A DNA stretch of 64,000 nucleotides, from NCBI GenBank assembly GCA_965223465.1, contig OZ245025.1:2509900-2573899 (forward strand), read 5' to 3'. The notes beneath the pieces are model-generated. The model saw nothing but the letters and a program-made list of their open reading frames with translations, was not told the DNA's origin and made no database searches. How positions within the stretch are numbered: position 1 is the first letter of the stretch; every line of letters begins with the position of its first letter. Made by a program: the position numbers and the translations under genes. This DNA is from Candidatus Poriferihabitaceae bacterium. GTDB taxonomy: Bacteria; Pseudomonadota; Gammaproteobacteria; Arenicellales; Poriferihabitantaceae. Shown piece by piece: positions 28,441 to 39,708 of the stretch.

Positions 28441-29250
28441 TTATGCGATAATTCCTTCGCAACTATAATGTTGTCTGGTATCTCCAATCACCAAAAACCA
28501 GGGATTCAGAATATCTTTTTTGGTATACCGCAAAGGGTTGTTTTGACAGTCAACCACCACCCCGCCAGCGGTTTCAACTATACAATGTGCAGCTGCAGTA
28601 TCCCATTCCGAGGTGAGACCAAGGCGTGGATACAGATCAGCCACGCCTTCTGCCACTAGGCAAAGTTTCAATGAGCTGCCCATGCTAATCAGTTCAACTG
28701 CATTGGCTTTTGCCTCAAGTGAGGCAGCAAATTGCTTTACCTCTTTGCTTAAATGCGATCGGCTAGCAACGATTTTAACTTTTCTAAAACTAAGTCCACG
28801 CGTTCGGATTGGGACCGGCGGTTGATGGCCTTCTTGTTTAAACGCACCTGCTTCGAGCGAAGCATAATAAAGCAAATCTTTGACAGGCGCGTATACAACC
28901 CCTAGGGTTGGCTTACCTTCCTCGATTAGCGCAATATTGACGGTAAACTCACCGTTGCGCTTAATGAACTCCTTAGTACCATCCAGTGGGTCAACCAGCC
29001 AGTATCGAGACCATTCCAGTCTGGTATCACCGACCTCATCGATCGATTCTTCCGATACGATGGGAATATCCGGGGTGAGCTTGGTAAGCTGTGATTCGAT
29101 TAGAGTATGTGCTTTTTGATCGGCCACCGTCAGGGGTGAGCCATCTCCCTTGGTTTCAAAGTCGAAATCTGATTCATATATGCGTAAAATTTCAGCACCT
29201 GCAGCGCGAGCTGTATCACAAATAACACCAATATCAATTGCTGGGTTCAT
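28441..29250 (-). CDS. cysQ: 3'(2'),5'-bisphosphate nucleotidase CysQ
   Basis: 269 aa. Inositol-monophosphatase family motifs WLVDPLDGTKEF and SEWDTAAAH. Confidence 0.9.
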   Translation of the reverse strand: MNPAIDIGVICDTARAAGAEILRIYESDFDFETKGDGSPLTVADQKAHTLIESQLTKLTPDIPIVSEESIDEVGDTRLEWSRYWLVDPLDGTKEFIKRNGEFTVNIALIEEGKPTLGVVYAPVKDLLYYASLEAGAFKQEGHQPPVPIRTRGLSFRKVKIVASRSHLSKEVKQFAASLEAKANAVELISMGSSLKLCLVAEGVADLYPRLGLTSEWDTAAAHCIVETAGGVVVDCQNNPLRYTKKDILNPWFLVIGDTRQHYSCEGIIA

Positions 29251-29252
29251 AT

Positions 29253-29813
29253 TTATTCCAATTCCGTTTTTTTAGTTTTAGTTAGATAATCTCGCAACCA
29301 ATATACAGCGTGCAACGTGCGCACATCGCTAATCTGCTCATGCTCGAGCAATGCCCCCAGGTTATCGAGTGGCCAATGAGTTTGCCTCAAAGGTTCGGGT
29401 TCATCTCCCTGGCGCGGATCTGCAATTAAATCTTGGGCCAATAGCATGTACCATACCGCTGTACTATAGTGCGGGGTCATGGTCATTTTTCGGATCATAT
29501 GGATGGAACGCGCTGCATAGCCAATTTCTTCCTGTAACTCGCGATTAGCGGCTTGTTTAGGCGTTTCGCCCGGATCAATAACGCCTTTAACAAATCCCAA
29601 TTCATATTGTTCTGTGCCCACCGCGTATTCATTAATCAGGACCAGCGCATCATCCAGCAGCGGCAATACCATTACCGCACCGCCTCCGGGTTTGTTTAAG
29701 CGTTCAAACTGGCAACGCGCACCATTAGAAAACTGAAGCTCAACGCCTTCGACCCTAAACAGGCGCGTTTGGGCAAGTATTTCTACCCTTTGAACAATCG
29801 GCTTTTTCGGCAT
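29253..29813 (-). CDS. nudE: ADP compounds hydrolase NudE (Nudix)
   Basis: 186 aa, the same length as E. coli NudE and collinear with it (RLFRVEGVELQFSNG..., EYAVGTEQYELGF.KG.IDPGE, Nudix box ANRELQEEIGY, GDEPEPL). Confidence 0.85.
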   Translation of the reverse strand: MPKKPIVQRVEILAQTRLFRVEGVELQFSNGARCQFERLNKPGGGAVMVLPLLDDALVLINEYAVGTEQYELGFVKGVIDPGETPKQAANRELQEEIGYAARSIHMIRKMTMTPHYSTAVWYMLLAQDLIADPRQGDEPEPLRQTHWPLDNLGALLEHEQISDVRTLHAVYWLRDYLTKTKKTELE

Positions 29814-29819
29814 GGTGAA

Positions 29820-31115
29820 CTAAGTGGGCTTAATACGGTATTCGGCTGATCTAGCATGTGCAGTTAAGCCTTCGCAACGCGCCAGCGTAGACGCGATGCG
29901 GGCGATTTTATCCGCGCCGGTCTTCGATGCTCTGATCAAGCTAGATCGTTTCTGAAAATCATATACGCCTAATGGTGAGCTGAAGCGAGCCGTGCCTGCG
30001 GTAGGCAATACGTGGTTCGGCCCTGCGCAATAGTCGCCCAGGGACTCCGCACTATACGCACCGGCAAAAATGGCGCCAGCATGCCGTATTTGCTTAATAA
30101 CATTATCGACGTCCTCAAGCATTAACTCTAAATGCTCAGGTGCAATTTGATTGGAAATCTTGATCGATTCCTGAAGCGAGCGGGTAACAATAATCGCGCC
30201 GTACTGTCGAAGTGATTTTTCAATAATTTGCTGACGCTCCATCTCTGGCAACAACCGTTTGATTGCGGCCAAGACCTTATCCGCCATCGCCTGTGAGTGC
30301 GTAATGAGAATCGATTGCGCCAGCTCATCATGCTCAGCCTGGGCAAACAAATCCATCGCTGCCCAATCTGCGTTGGCCGTATCGTCTGCAACCACCACAA
30401 CTTCTGATGGACCAGCAATCATGTCTATACCGACCTGGCCAAATACTTGACGTTTGGCGGTGGCGACGTAGATATTGCCTGGGCCGACGATCTTATCAAC
30501 GCGAGGGACGGTTTCCGTGCCGTAAGCCAGTGCCGCGACCGCTTGTGCCCCCCCGATGCTAAACACGCTATCTACACCGGTCAGATGAGCGGTAGCCAAT
30601 ACCGCTGGATTAACTTCTCCGTTCGGCGTGGGCACGACCATAATTACCTCATTGACACCCGCTACTTTAGCAGGAATAACGGTCATCAAAACGGAAGAGG
30701 GATAGGCCGCCTTACCACCCGGCACATAGACACCCACTTTATCCAGGGGATTAATGATTTGTCCGAGCTCGGTACCATCTGCTTCGTTAAACGACCAGGA
30801 TTGGCTGATTTCCTGCTGGTGGTAATAACGTACTCTATTGGCCGCCTCAGTCAGTGCAATTTGCACCCCTTCATCCAGCCCCTCAAAAGCGGATTCCAAT
30901 TGAGAATACGTAATTTCCAATACGGAGGCGTCATCCACGTCGAGCTGGTCAAATTGTTTGCTGTATCTAAGCAGCGCTTTGTCACCTTCCGCGCGAACCG
31001 TGTCAATAATCTCTCTAACAGTTGTTTCAACCGCACGATCTTCAGCGCTATCGCGATCTAGCAGTGCGCTAAGCGCTGCGTCAAAACCATCTTCTGTTGT
31101 GTTTAACTGCTTCAT
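29820..31115 (-). CDS. hisD: Histidinol dehydrogenase
   Basis: 431 aa. IDMIAGPSEVVVVAD, QAEHD and the C-terminal GLTAHARSAEYR are characteristic of HisD. Confidence 0.95.
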   Translation of the reverse strand: MKQLNTTEDGFDAALSALLDRDSAEDRAVETTVREIIDTVRAEGDKALLRYSKQFDQLDVDDASVLEITYSQLESAFEGLDEGVQIALTEAANRVRYYHQQEISQSWSFNEADGTELGQIINPLDKVGVYVPGGKAAYPSSVLMTVIPAKVAGVNEVIMVVPTPNGEVNPAVLATAHLTGVDSVFSIGGAQAVAALAYGTETVPRVDKIVGPGNIYVATAKRQVFGQVGIDMIAGPSEVVVVADDTANADWAAMDLFAQAEHDELAQSILITHSQAMADKVLAAIKRLLPEMERQQIIEKSLRQYGAIIVTRSLQESIKISNQIAPEHLELMLEDVDNVIKQIRHAGAIFAGAYSAESLGDYCAGPNHVLPTAGTARFSSPLGVYDFQKRSSLIRASKTGADKIARIASTLARCEGLTAHARSAEYRIKPT

Positions 31116-31121
31116 TAAAAC

Positions 31122-32486
<1,365 letters not shown>

Positions 32487-32600
32487 TCAATCTCAGGTAA
32501 TTGACGGTTTTATCGAGGCTTCACAATGGATGCAGACGGCTTAGGTCGGTATCTCCTTTTTGCTTTATAATCTCGGCTCAATCTGTTGAACGGATAAAGC

Positions 32601-33581
32601 ATGACGTATATTTCTGATGGCCAACGCGTTTTCGATATAGAGATCGACGCCTTACAGGATGTACGCTCGCGTATTGATAACCAATTTTCATTGGCCTGTG
32701 AACTGATCAAGCAATGCGAAGGGCGTGTGGTGGTCATTGGTATGGGCAAATCAGGGCATATCGGGCATAAAATAGCCGCCTCGCTCGCCAGTACCGGCAC
32801 ACCTGCTTTCTTTGTTCATCCTGGTGAGGCCAGCCATGGGGATCTTGGAATGATAACTCCGCAAGATTTAATCATCGCGCTATCCAATTCGGGGGCGACA
32901 CCGGAAGTGTTAACCATAGTCCCAATCGTAAAACGCATGGGGGTAAAGCTGGTGTCTATTACAGGTGACCCAGGCTCAGAGCTGGCGAAATCCGCTGACG
33001 CGCACTTAGATGTCGGTGTTGCTCGCGAGGCCTGCCCGCATAACCTGGCCCCCACGGCCAGTACCACTGCCGCGCTGGCCATGGGAGACGCCCTAGTGGT
33101 CGCCGTATTGCAATCACGCGGGTTTTCCGTCGATGATTTTGCCCGCACTCATCCTGGCGGCAGGCTAGGTAAGCGTTTGTTGTTGTATGTTAGTGATATC
33201 ATGCATCAGGGTGAAGAAATCCCCCTAGTGCTGGAATCGGCCAGTTTTAAAGAGGTTTTACTTGAGATGACGGGTAAATCGCTTGGTATGACAGGTGTAG
33301 TTGATCAGCAAGGTCGGTTGGTAGGCATTATTACCGACGGCGATCTACGACGAACTTTAGGTCAAGCTTTTGACCCTGAACAAACGTTGGCCAAACAAAT
33401 AATGACACGCTCACCTTTTACAGTCCGCCCTGATACGTTGGCTGCGCAGGTGGTGAAATCCATGCGTGAACATGCCCTGCATGGCCCGCACGCGATTAAC
33501 GCGGTATTCATTACCGATGAGGAAAATCGAGTACTGGGTGCCTTGAATACGCACGATTTGCTGCGCGCTGGCGTGGTGTAG
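32601..33581 (+). CDS. kdsD: Arabinose-5-phosphate isomerase KdsD
   Basis: 326 aa. SIS domain (VVIGMGKSGHIGHKIAASLASTGTPAFFVHPGEASHGDLG) plus tandem CBS domains. Confidence 0.92.
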   Translation: MTYISDGQRVFDIEIDALQDVRSRIDNQFSLACELIKQCEGRVVVIGMGKSGHIGHKIAASLASTGTPAFFVHPGEASHGDLGMITPQDLIIALSNSGATPEVLTIVPIVKRMGVKLVSITGDPGSELAKSADAHLDVGVAREACPHNLAPTASTTAALAMGDALVVAVLQSRGFSVDDFARTHPGGRLGKRLLLYVSDIMHQGEEIPLVLESASFKEVLLEMTGKSLGMTGVVDQQGRLVGIITDGDLRRTLGQAFDPEQTLAKQIMTRSPFTVRPDTLAAQVVKSMREHALHGPHAINAVFITDEENRVLGALNTHDLLRAGVV

Positions 33582-33597
33582 TGGAATATCGCAGACC

Positions 33598-34047
33598 ATG
33601 AGTACAGTTTTTGATCGTCATAATGTGGTTATGTTTGCAGTGCTGACAATGTTAGTGGTGCTCACAATTTGGATGCAATTTTCATTGCTGGAAAAGCCCG
33701 CGACGGATGATGTAAAAGTGGAATCTAATGACCCGGATTACTATGTTGAGTACTTCACATCATTTGGTGTGGATCACGAGGGCAAACAATACCAGCTGGA
33801 AGCGGATCGATTGGTACATTATCCGCTCGACAATAAAGCCCTATTAGATCGGCCGCACTTGATCCAGACTTCTGAAGACGGTAACCCCACGCATATATAT
33901 GCAGATTCAGGCTGGTTATTTGCCGATGGTGAGGAGATATTATTGACTGAAAATGTTAAAGTTATTCGAAGTAAAGGTAAGGCCTTAGGGGGTGCCGCCA
34001 CTACTAATCGAATGCGAATTAAATTAAAGCCTAGAGATAAACAATGA
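33598..34047 (+). CDS. lptC: LPS export ABC transporter periplasmic protein LptC
   Basis: 149 aa with a single N-terminal TM and then a beta-jellyroll region (PDYYVEYF...). It sits between kdsD and lptA, and its stop overlaps the lptA start. Confidence 0.8.
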   Translation: MSTVFDRHNVVMFAVLTMLVVLTIWMQFSLLEKPATDDVKVESNDPDYYVEYFTSFGVDHEGKQYQLEADRLVHYPLDNKALLDRPHLIQTSEDGNPTHIYADSGWLFADGEEILLTENVKVIRSKGKALGGAATTNRMRIKLKPRDKQ

Positions 34048-34628
34048 AAAAGCGGTTATTGCTTGTTGTAAGTGTCGTGATGGCTGCCTGTCTGGTTTAC
34101 CCAGCAGCTGCCCTGAAAACTGACCGGAACCAACCGGCGACCCTGGATGCAGACGAGTTTGATTTGGATTTTCAAACCGGTGTGCGGACTTATCGTGGAA
34201 ATGTCATTTACCAGCAAGGCACAATTCGTTTATATGCAGATGAACTGGTGGCTTATATTAAAGACGATAAATTGGAACGTGCTGTGGCACGAGGTAACCC
34301 AGCAAAATTTAGCCAGCGACCCGATGATAGTGAGACAGACGTGGTAGGGGTAGCCTTGCGTATTGAGCTCGACGATGTCAAGCAAATCGTGATTTTACAG
34401 GATCGCGCTAAAGTCACCCAGGATGCAAATACCATTACAGGCAAACGTATTGAATACGATATGGTAAAAGAAAAAGTAAAAGTACGTAGTGGTAAGCAAG
34501 CTGGCCCGACCGCAGCGAAATCAAACCCAGAAGGTCAACCAGAAGATAGCACAAAACAGGAAGCAGGTGAGCCAGTAGAGCCAACTGCTACGAGCCGGCC
34601 TCGTTTGATTATTAAGCCACGTAACTAA
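34044..34628 (+). CDS. lptA: LPS transport periplasmic protein LptA
   Basis: 194 aa with a signal peptide. OstA-like motifs (DRNQPATLDAD..., YRGNVIYQQGTIRLYADEL) and a low-complexity C-terminal tail. Confidence 0.9.
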   Translation: MKKRLLLVVSVVMAACLVYPAAALKTDRNQPATLDADEFDLDFQTGVRTYRGNVIYQQGTIRLYADELVAYIKDDKLERAVARGNPAKFSQRPDDSETDVVGVALRIELDDVKQIVILQDRAKVTQDANTITGKRIEYDMVKEKVKVRSGKQAGPTAAKSNPEGQPEDSTKQEAGEPVEPTATSRPRLIIKPRN

Positions 34629-34648
34629 AGGGAAACTCGTAACTGATA

Positions 34649-35422
34649 ATGGATGCGGATACGACCACGCATGTAAAGACTCGACCTGCCTTAAGTGGCA
34701 ATACGCTGTTGGGCAAAGACTTGGTTAAGGTTATTAAAGGTAAAACCATTGTTGATCAGGTGACAGTTGAGGTCTCGAGTGGCGAAGTCGTTGGTCTGCT
34801 CGGCCCAAATGGTGCCGGCAAGACCACCAGCTTTAATATGATGATTGGGTTGATCCGTATTAATGGTGGTGAGGTTTACTACAACAATCAGCCAATCGGT
34901 AATTTGGCCATGCACGAGCGCGCGCGCATGGGCATTGGCTATTTACCGCAGGAGCCTTCGATTTTCAGACGGCTTAGCGTAGAAGAGAACATTCTCGCTG
35001 TATTAGAAGCCACTGGACGGGGTAATCCGCAAACACGCGAGAAGTTTGCGATGGCTATGATGAAGGAGTTTGGGGTGGACCACAAACAACATGCAATGGG
35101 TGTTACGCTTTCAGGGGGTGAGAGGCGCCGTGTGGAAATAGCACGGGCGGTATCACTAGAACCATCTTTTATCTTGCTAGACGAACCCTTTGCCGGGATT
35201 GACCCGCTCTCGGTCAAAGATATTCAGCGGGTGATCAATTTGTTGCAAAAACGCGGTATTGGCGTGTTAATTACCGATCACAATGTGCGTGAAACTCTAG
35301 GAATTTGTAACCGTGCGTATATTTTAACCGAAGGTAAAGTACTGGTTGGTGGCACCCCTGCGGAAATATTGGCGGACAAAAGCGCCCGCACCGCCTATCT
35401 CGGTGACGATTTTAATTTGTGA
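34649..35422 (+). CDS. lptB: LPS export ABC transporter ATPase LptB
   Basis: 257 aa. Walker A GPNGAGKTT, signature LSGGERRRVEIARA, Walker B ILLDEPFAGIDP. Confidence 0.95.
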   Translation: MDADTTTHVKTRPALSGNTLLGKDLVKVIKGKTIVDQVTVEVSSGEVVGLLGPNGAGKTTSFNMMIGLIRINGGEVYYNNQPIGNLAMHERARMGIGYLPQEPSIFRRLSVEENILAVLEATGRGNPQTREKFAMAMMKEFGVDHKQHAMGVTLSGGERRRVEIARAVSLEPSFILLDEPFAGIDPLSVKDIQRVINLLQKRGIGVLITDHNVRETLGICNRAYILTEGKVLVGGTPAEILADKSARTAYLGDDFNL

Positions 35423-35772
35423 GTGCTGTGCTGGTGATTCTGGAATTTATTAAGGGCAATATTTGAATTTAACCACCATCGGTGGTATAAAATGGTAAGC
35501 ATGAAGTTCAATAATAAAGCAGTGGCGCATGGAGCATAGCCTTCTAACCACCAATCATAAACTTTCCTCACAAACGTCGCCGCAAAATTATGCGGCTAAA
35601 ATACCACAGATCAGGGTTCAGAGAAAAAACCATAACACGATCAACTATTTGAGCATCCTGATCACGTTCTACCCTGTACCACAATACGCTATATTTTCAT
35701 GTCTTCGCAACACGAAGGCTTTGTTAAACCTATGGCGTCTATTAGGCGCCACATCCTTTAAAGGAGAAACCT

Positions 35773-36096
35773 ATGCAAATAACAATTAGCGGACAGCACC
35801 TGGACATCACTGATGCATTAAGGTCACATGTTAATGAAAAAATGGAAAAAATAATTCGTCACTTTGACCATGTCACCAATGCGCAAGTCGTCCTTCATAT
35901 TGAAAAGGGGAAAAGTATTGCAGAAGCTAATGTTCATACCAAGGGCGCATCCATACATTCGACGGGTAAAGCAGACGATATGTATGCAGCAATTGACTTA
36001 ATGGCCGCAAAACTGGATAGGCAGGTTCTTAAACACAAGGCCAAACTTACCGATCATCACCAGTCTGAAGGTGGGATAAAGCATGCGGTAGGGTAA
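35773..36096 (+). CDS. hpf: Ribosome hibernation promoting factor (short HPF)
   Basis: 107 aa. MQITISGQHLDITDALRSHV...DMYAAIDLMAAKLDRQVLKHKAKL is collinear with E. coli Hpf. Strong SD aaaggag upstream. Confidence 0.92.
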   Translation: MQITISGQHLDITDALRSHVNEKMEKIIRHFDHVTNAQVVLHIEKGKSIAEANVHTKGASIHSTGKADDMYAAIDLMAAKLDRQVLKHKAKLTDHHQSEGGIKHAVG

Positions 36097-36164
36097 TACA
36101 CCGGATCAAGAATCAGCCCAAATTACTCGAGGCTGAAACCGAATGTGGTCGCAAACCCCCAATT

Positions 36165-36198
36165 AAGGCAAGTCGAATGACTTGCCTTATTATTATTT
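36165..36198 (+). terminator. Rho-independent terminator between hpf and rapZ
   Basis: 10-bp stem aaggcaagtc/gacttgcctt with gaat loop, followed by the T-rich attattattt. Confidence 0.7.
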
Positions 36199-36216
36199 GG
36201 ACTTTATAAACAAGGG

Positions 36217-37074
36217 ATGCCAGAGAATCAGCAGAAAATTATCGTGATAAGTGGTCTTTCTGGCGCTGGAAAAAGTGTCGCCCTGCAATCACTAGAAGAT
36301 ATAGGGTATTACTGTATAGACAATATGCCATTGACCTTGTTGCCAGAATTTGTGCGTCAACTTGATAAGGACGCGCAAAGTAAGCGTGCCGCTGTCAGCA
36401 TTGATTCGCGTAATATGGATTTTCTCAAAGCATTGCAACAGTCAAATGGTGAAGCAAATTTGCTGGATGAGGTGGATCAGTTGGTTTTTATTGAGGCCTC
36501 CGCCGATACCTTACTCCGGCGTTATAGTGAAACCCGTCGTAAGCACCCTTTATCAGATGTGAAAACCAATTTGATACAGAGTATTGAAAAAGAAATCGAA
36601 TTGTTATCGACGCTACGTGAAAACGCGGATCATATCATTGATACCAGCAGCCTAACACCGCATGAGTTACGCGATAAAATTCGGCATTTGACGGGTAAAT
36701 CTCATCAGGGCGTGATGTTGTCAATTGAGTCCTTCGGCTTTAAGCACGGACCGCCACAACATGCCGACTATATTTTTGATGTGCGTTGTTTGCCAAATCC
36801 TTATTGGAATGAAGCGATTCGTCACTTAAGCGGGATGGATCAAGAAGTGGTAAAATTTCTACAAGACAAGCCGGAAGTAGCGCAAATGTGTAAAGATATT
36901 TCCGTATTTGTTAGCAAATGGTTGCCTGCGTTTAGGGCTGATAATCGCAGCTACTTAACCCTGGCAATTGGCTGTACCGGCGGCCGGCATCGTTCAGTAT
37001 ATATTGCAAATAGTCTGGCGAAACGGTTTAAACAAACAATGTCCAGTGTACAGGTACAGCATCGAGACTTATAA
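36217..37074 (+). CDS. rapZ: RNase adapter protein RapZ
   Basis: 285 aa. Walker A ISGLSGAGKSVAL and the conserved C-terminal CTGGRHRSV motif. Confidence 0.93.
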   Translation: MPENQQKIIVISGLSGAGKSVALQSLEDIGYYCIDNMPLTLLPEFVRQLDKDAQSKRAAVSIDSRNMDFLKALQQSNGEANLLDEVDQLVFIEASADTLLRRYSETRRKHPLSDVKTNLIQSIEKEIELLSTLRENADHIIDTSSLTPHELRDKIRHLTGKSHQGVMLSIESFGFKHGPPQHADYIFDVRCLPNPYWNEAIRHLSGMDQEVVKFLQDKPEVAQMCKDISVFVSKWLPAFRADNRSYLTLAIGCTGGRHRSVYIANSLAKRFKQTMSSVQVQHRDL

Positions 37075-37169
37075 TGGCTAGCCAAGCCAGAAAGTAACAG
37101 TATTTTTTTCAAGTAAGAACAGATTGGCTAAAGCAAATTAACATAATTACTGTTCTGCTTAATCAGTAG

Positions 37170-38057
37170 GTGGTGACGATAGGCGCCACTACAATTGTTT
37201 CGGAGGATAGTGATTTGTTGATACACGATATACAAGTTAGGCAAAGTACCCGTAAATCTATTTTATTGCGCAACGTATTCGCGTTGTATCTCGTCTATAC
37301 GCTGCCTGCCTTGGCTATGTCGCCAGCAGAAATGGCGATGGAAGAATACGATAAAGCGCTCGCGCTTACGCCTAATCTTGATAATGGGCGTGTGCTCTAT
37401 GAAAAATGCGCAGTTTGTCATGATCCCGAGGGCTGGGGTAGGGCGAGCGGTAACTATCCACAAATAGCCGGCCAGTTGCCTAATGTAATTATCAAGCAAT
37501 TAGCAGACATTCGTGCGGGTAACCGGGGTAATCCAATGATGTATCCTTTTGCATCTGGTCGCGTTCTGAAATCAGCGCAGGATATCGCTGATGTTGCAGC
37601 CTATGTTAGCCAGCTGCCGATGACGCGCGAAAATGGTACAGGTTCGCAAAGTCGCGCTGAGCGTGGCCAGCCCATTTATCAGGAATACTGTGAAGAGTGC
37701 CATGGGGCACAAGGCGAGGGCGATAATGATGAGCATATCCCACTTATTCAGGGCCAGCATTATCAATATCTTATTCGCCAGTTTAACTGGATACGCATCG
37801 GTAGACGGACCAATGCAGACGAAGAGATGGTTGAGCAAATAGAGAATTTTCATGCCGGTGAAATGTATGATGTACTAAGCTACGTTTCGCGGTTACAACC
37901 TCCCGAGAGTAAGCTTGCGCAGGACGGCTGGTTTAACGACGATTTTCCGAAGTACTCGCGCGATATCGAAGACCGTCATCGCAGCACAACGCTAAAGCTA
38001 TCGCCGAAACAAGAAGAAAAAGATGCCAGTGCGTTTGAACGTAATGCACAGGATTAA
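37170..38057 (+). CDS. Dihaem c-type cytochrome (periplasmic)
   Basis: Two CxxCH motifs (CAVCH, CEECH) and a signal-like LVYTLPALA|MS. The start is uncertain (GTG 37170 or an internal TTG). Charged C-terminal extension. Confidence 0.8.
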   Translation: MVTIGATTIVSEDSDLLIHDIQVRQSTRKSILLRNVFALYLVYTLPALAMSPAEMAMEEYDKALALTPNLDNGRVLYEKCAVCHDPEGWGRASGNYPQIAGQLPNVIIKQLADIRAGNRGNPMMYPFASGRVLKSAQDIADVAAYVSQLPMTRENGTGSQSRAERGQPIYQEYCEECHGAQGEGDNDEHIPLIQGQHYQYLIRQFNWIRIGRRTNADEEMVEQIENFHAGEMYDVLSYVSRLQPPESKLAQDGWFNDDFPKYSRDIEDRHRSTTLKLSPKQEEKDASAFERNAQD

Positions 38058-38169
38058 ACGCTCAGATGGAAATTAGCAGGTTTTTTAGATTAGAAATAAA
38101 TCCAGTTCGATCAACTTAAAACGAACCTTGGCTAAAGGCGAAATAAAGTCGCAAAATTTGCGTCACAGC

Positions 38170-39006
38170 TTATTTAAATAACGCTGCCATGTCAGCGTTA
38201 CCACTATTCAAGGCCATTTCCCTTACGGATGTGCCCTCTGCATCCCGTTGATTAGGATCAGCACCGTATTCAATTAGCAGCTTAACCAGAGGTACTGAAC
38301 CATTCGACACGGCCTCCATTAATGCTGTAATACCGTCGTTATCACGAATATCGACTTCGGCACCTTGTTCTAGCAAGACTTTCGCGAGTTCAACTTTTTC
38401 TTCTGCCGTCGCCAGTATTAATGCGGTTGCACCATCTCGATCACGAAAATTGATATTCGCACCATACTCCACCAGGCGCGGGATGACGTTGGCATAACCC
38501 GCATCCACGGCCATGATTAATGAAGTACGATTATGCTGATCAATGGCATTTGGGTCAGCGCCTTTAAACAAAAGTTGTTCCACAATATCAGCGAGGCCGT
38601 ATTGTGAGGCGATCATCAGTGCATTCCAACCTGATCGGGTACGATTTTCCAAACCGGAGCCTCTTTCAAGCAGCATGGCCATAATCCCACTGTGTCCATT
38701 TTCTGCAGCGAAAGTAAGCGCAGTACAGCCCGCGACCGTAATTTTATTTACGTCTGCTCCTCGATTGAGTAGCAGTGTTACGGTTTCAAAATTATCCCCT
38801 TCAACCGCCATCATCAGTGCAGTTTTGCCAAATTGATTGGCATCATCAACTGCTACTTTACCCTCATCTAGTAGTCGCGTGATGGTTTCGTCATCGCCGA
38901 TCATGGCGGACAATCGAAATTCTTTACCAGGGTCTTCTTCTGCCGCCAAAATCGGGGCGAAACCAAGGGCCAGCAACAAAGCTGCGCGCATTAGAAACTT
39001 ATTCAT
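38170..39006 (-). CDS. Secreted ankyrin-repeat protein
   Basis: 278 aa. Sec signal [24 protein letters not shown], followed by about seven ANK repeats (G.TALM.A...G......LL..GAD.N pattern recurring every about 33 aa). It starts 30 nt after the NapC-like gene. Confidence 0.88.
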   Translation of the reverse strand: MNKFLMRAALLLALGFAPILAAEEDPGKEFRLSAMIGDDETITRLLDEGKVAVDDANQFGKTALMMAVEGDNFETVTLLLNRGADVNKITVAGCTALTFAAENGHSGIMAMLLERGSGLENRTRSGWNALMIASQYGLADIVEQLLFKGADPNAIDQHNRTSLIMAVDAGYANVIPRLVEYGANINFRDRDGATALILATAEEKVELAKVLLEQGAEVDIRDNDGITALMEAVSNGSVPLVKLLIEYGADPNQRDAEGTSVREMALNSGNADMAALFK

Positions 39007-39035
39007 TTGATAATCAGATTACGTTTGGTCCAATT

Positions 39036-39599
39036 TTAACTCTCTTTTGCCGCAGTTTCCTCTTCTTCCTCTTCTTCTGGCTCATCCGGTTCTTCGTGTG
39101 CGACACCTTTGTGGCAATCGATGCAGGTTTTGCCTTCATCTTGAGCACGGCCATGACGTTTACGAGCAGAGCGATCCTGTTCACTCAAATCCATTTGATC
39201 CCACTCATGACAGCTGCGGCAGGTTACGGAATCCGATTTTTTCATTTTAGCCCATACGCGGTTTGCCATATCCCAACGATGAGCCTCGTATTTCTCGGGT
39301 GTATCAATGGTGCCGAGCACTTCGTGTAGAACATCTTTGTAGGCCAGAATTTTGGCTTTCATTTTCGGAAAAAACGCCTTGGGAACGTGACAATCCGCGC
39401 ATGTCGCACGCACGCCTGACGCGTTTTTATAATGCAGAGACTCCTCTTTGTACTCATTAAAGGGGATTTGCATTGTATGGCAAGAGGTACAAAACGACAT
39501 TTCATTGGTGAAACCCAGGCCGACATTAAAAGCAACCGTGGCAAATATTCCAGCGATGAATATTGCAGCGATAGAAAAAATAGAACGTTTATAGGGCAT
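39036..39599 (-). CDS. NapC/NirT/CymA-family membrane-anchored tetrahaem cytochrome c
   Basis: 187 aa. N-terminal TM anchor and four CxxCH motifs (CTSCH, CADCH, CRSCH, CIDCH). Poly-Glu C-terminal tail. Confidence 0.88.
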   Translation of the reverse strand: MPYKRSIFSIAAIFIAGIFATVAFNVGLGFTNEMSFCTSCHTMQIPFNEYKEESLHYKNASGVRATCADCHVPKAFFPKMKAKILAYKDVLHEVLGTIDTPEKYEAHRWDMANRVWAKMKKSDSVTCRSCHEWDQMDLSEQDRSARKRHGRAQDEGKTCIDCHKGVAHEEPDEPEEEEEEETAAKES

Positions 39600-39659
39600 G
39601 TGCGTTCCTCCGCATCCTTATTGTTAGTTAAGCTATTATTATCTGGATAATTGAAATAC

Positions 39660-39687
39660 AAAAGGCGCCTCTAACTGGGCGCCTTTT
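39660..39687 (-). terminator. Rho-independent terminator downstream of fccB
   Basis: Perfect 10-bp stem aaaaggcgcc/ggcgcctttt with an 8-nt loop. On the minus strand it is followed by ttttgtattt. Confidence 0.75.
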
Positions 39688-39708
39688 GCTTGCTTGGATC
39701 AAGTGATA

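Noticed and set aside
35529-35789. 86-aa ORF in the lptB-hpf spacer as a possible rpoN remnant
   Set aside because: The translation has no RpoN box or HTH similarity in the frames I read, there is no RBS, and the ORF overlaps the hpf start. It is most likely a chance ORF in a non-coding spacer.
38170-39006. Ankyrin-repeat protein as a eukaryote-targeting effector
   Set aside because: It has a classical Sec signal and is apparently co-transcribed with a periplasmic-facing cytochrome. A periplasmic role is more parsimonious, and no secretion-system genes are nearby.
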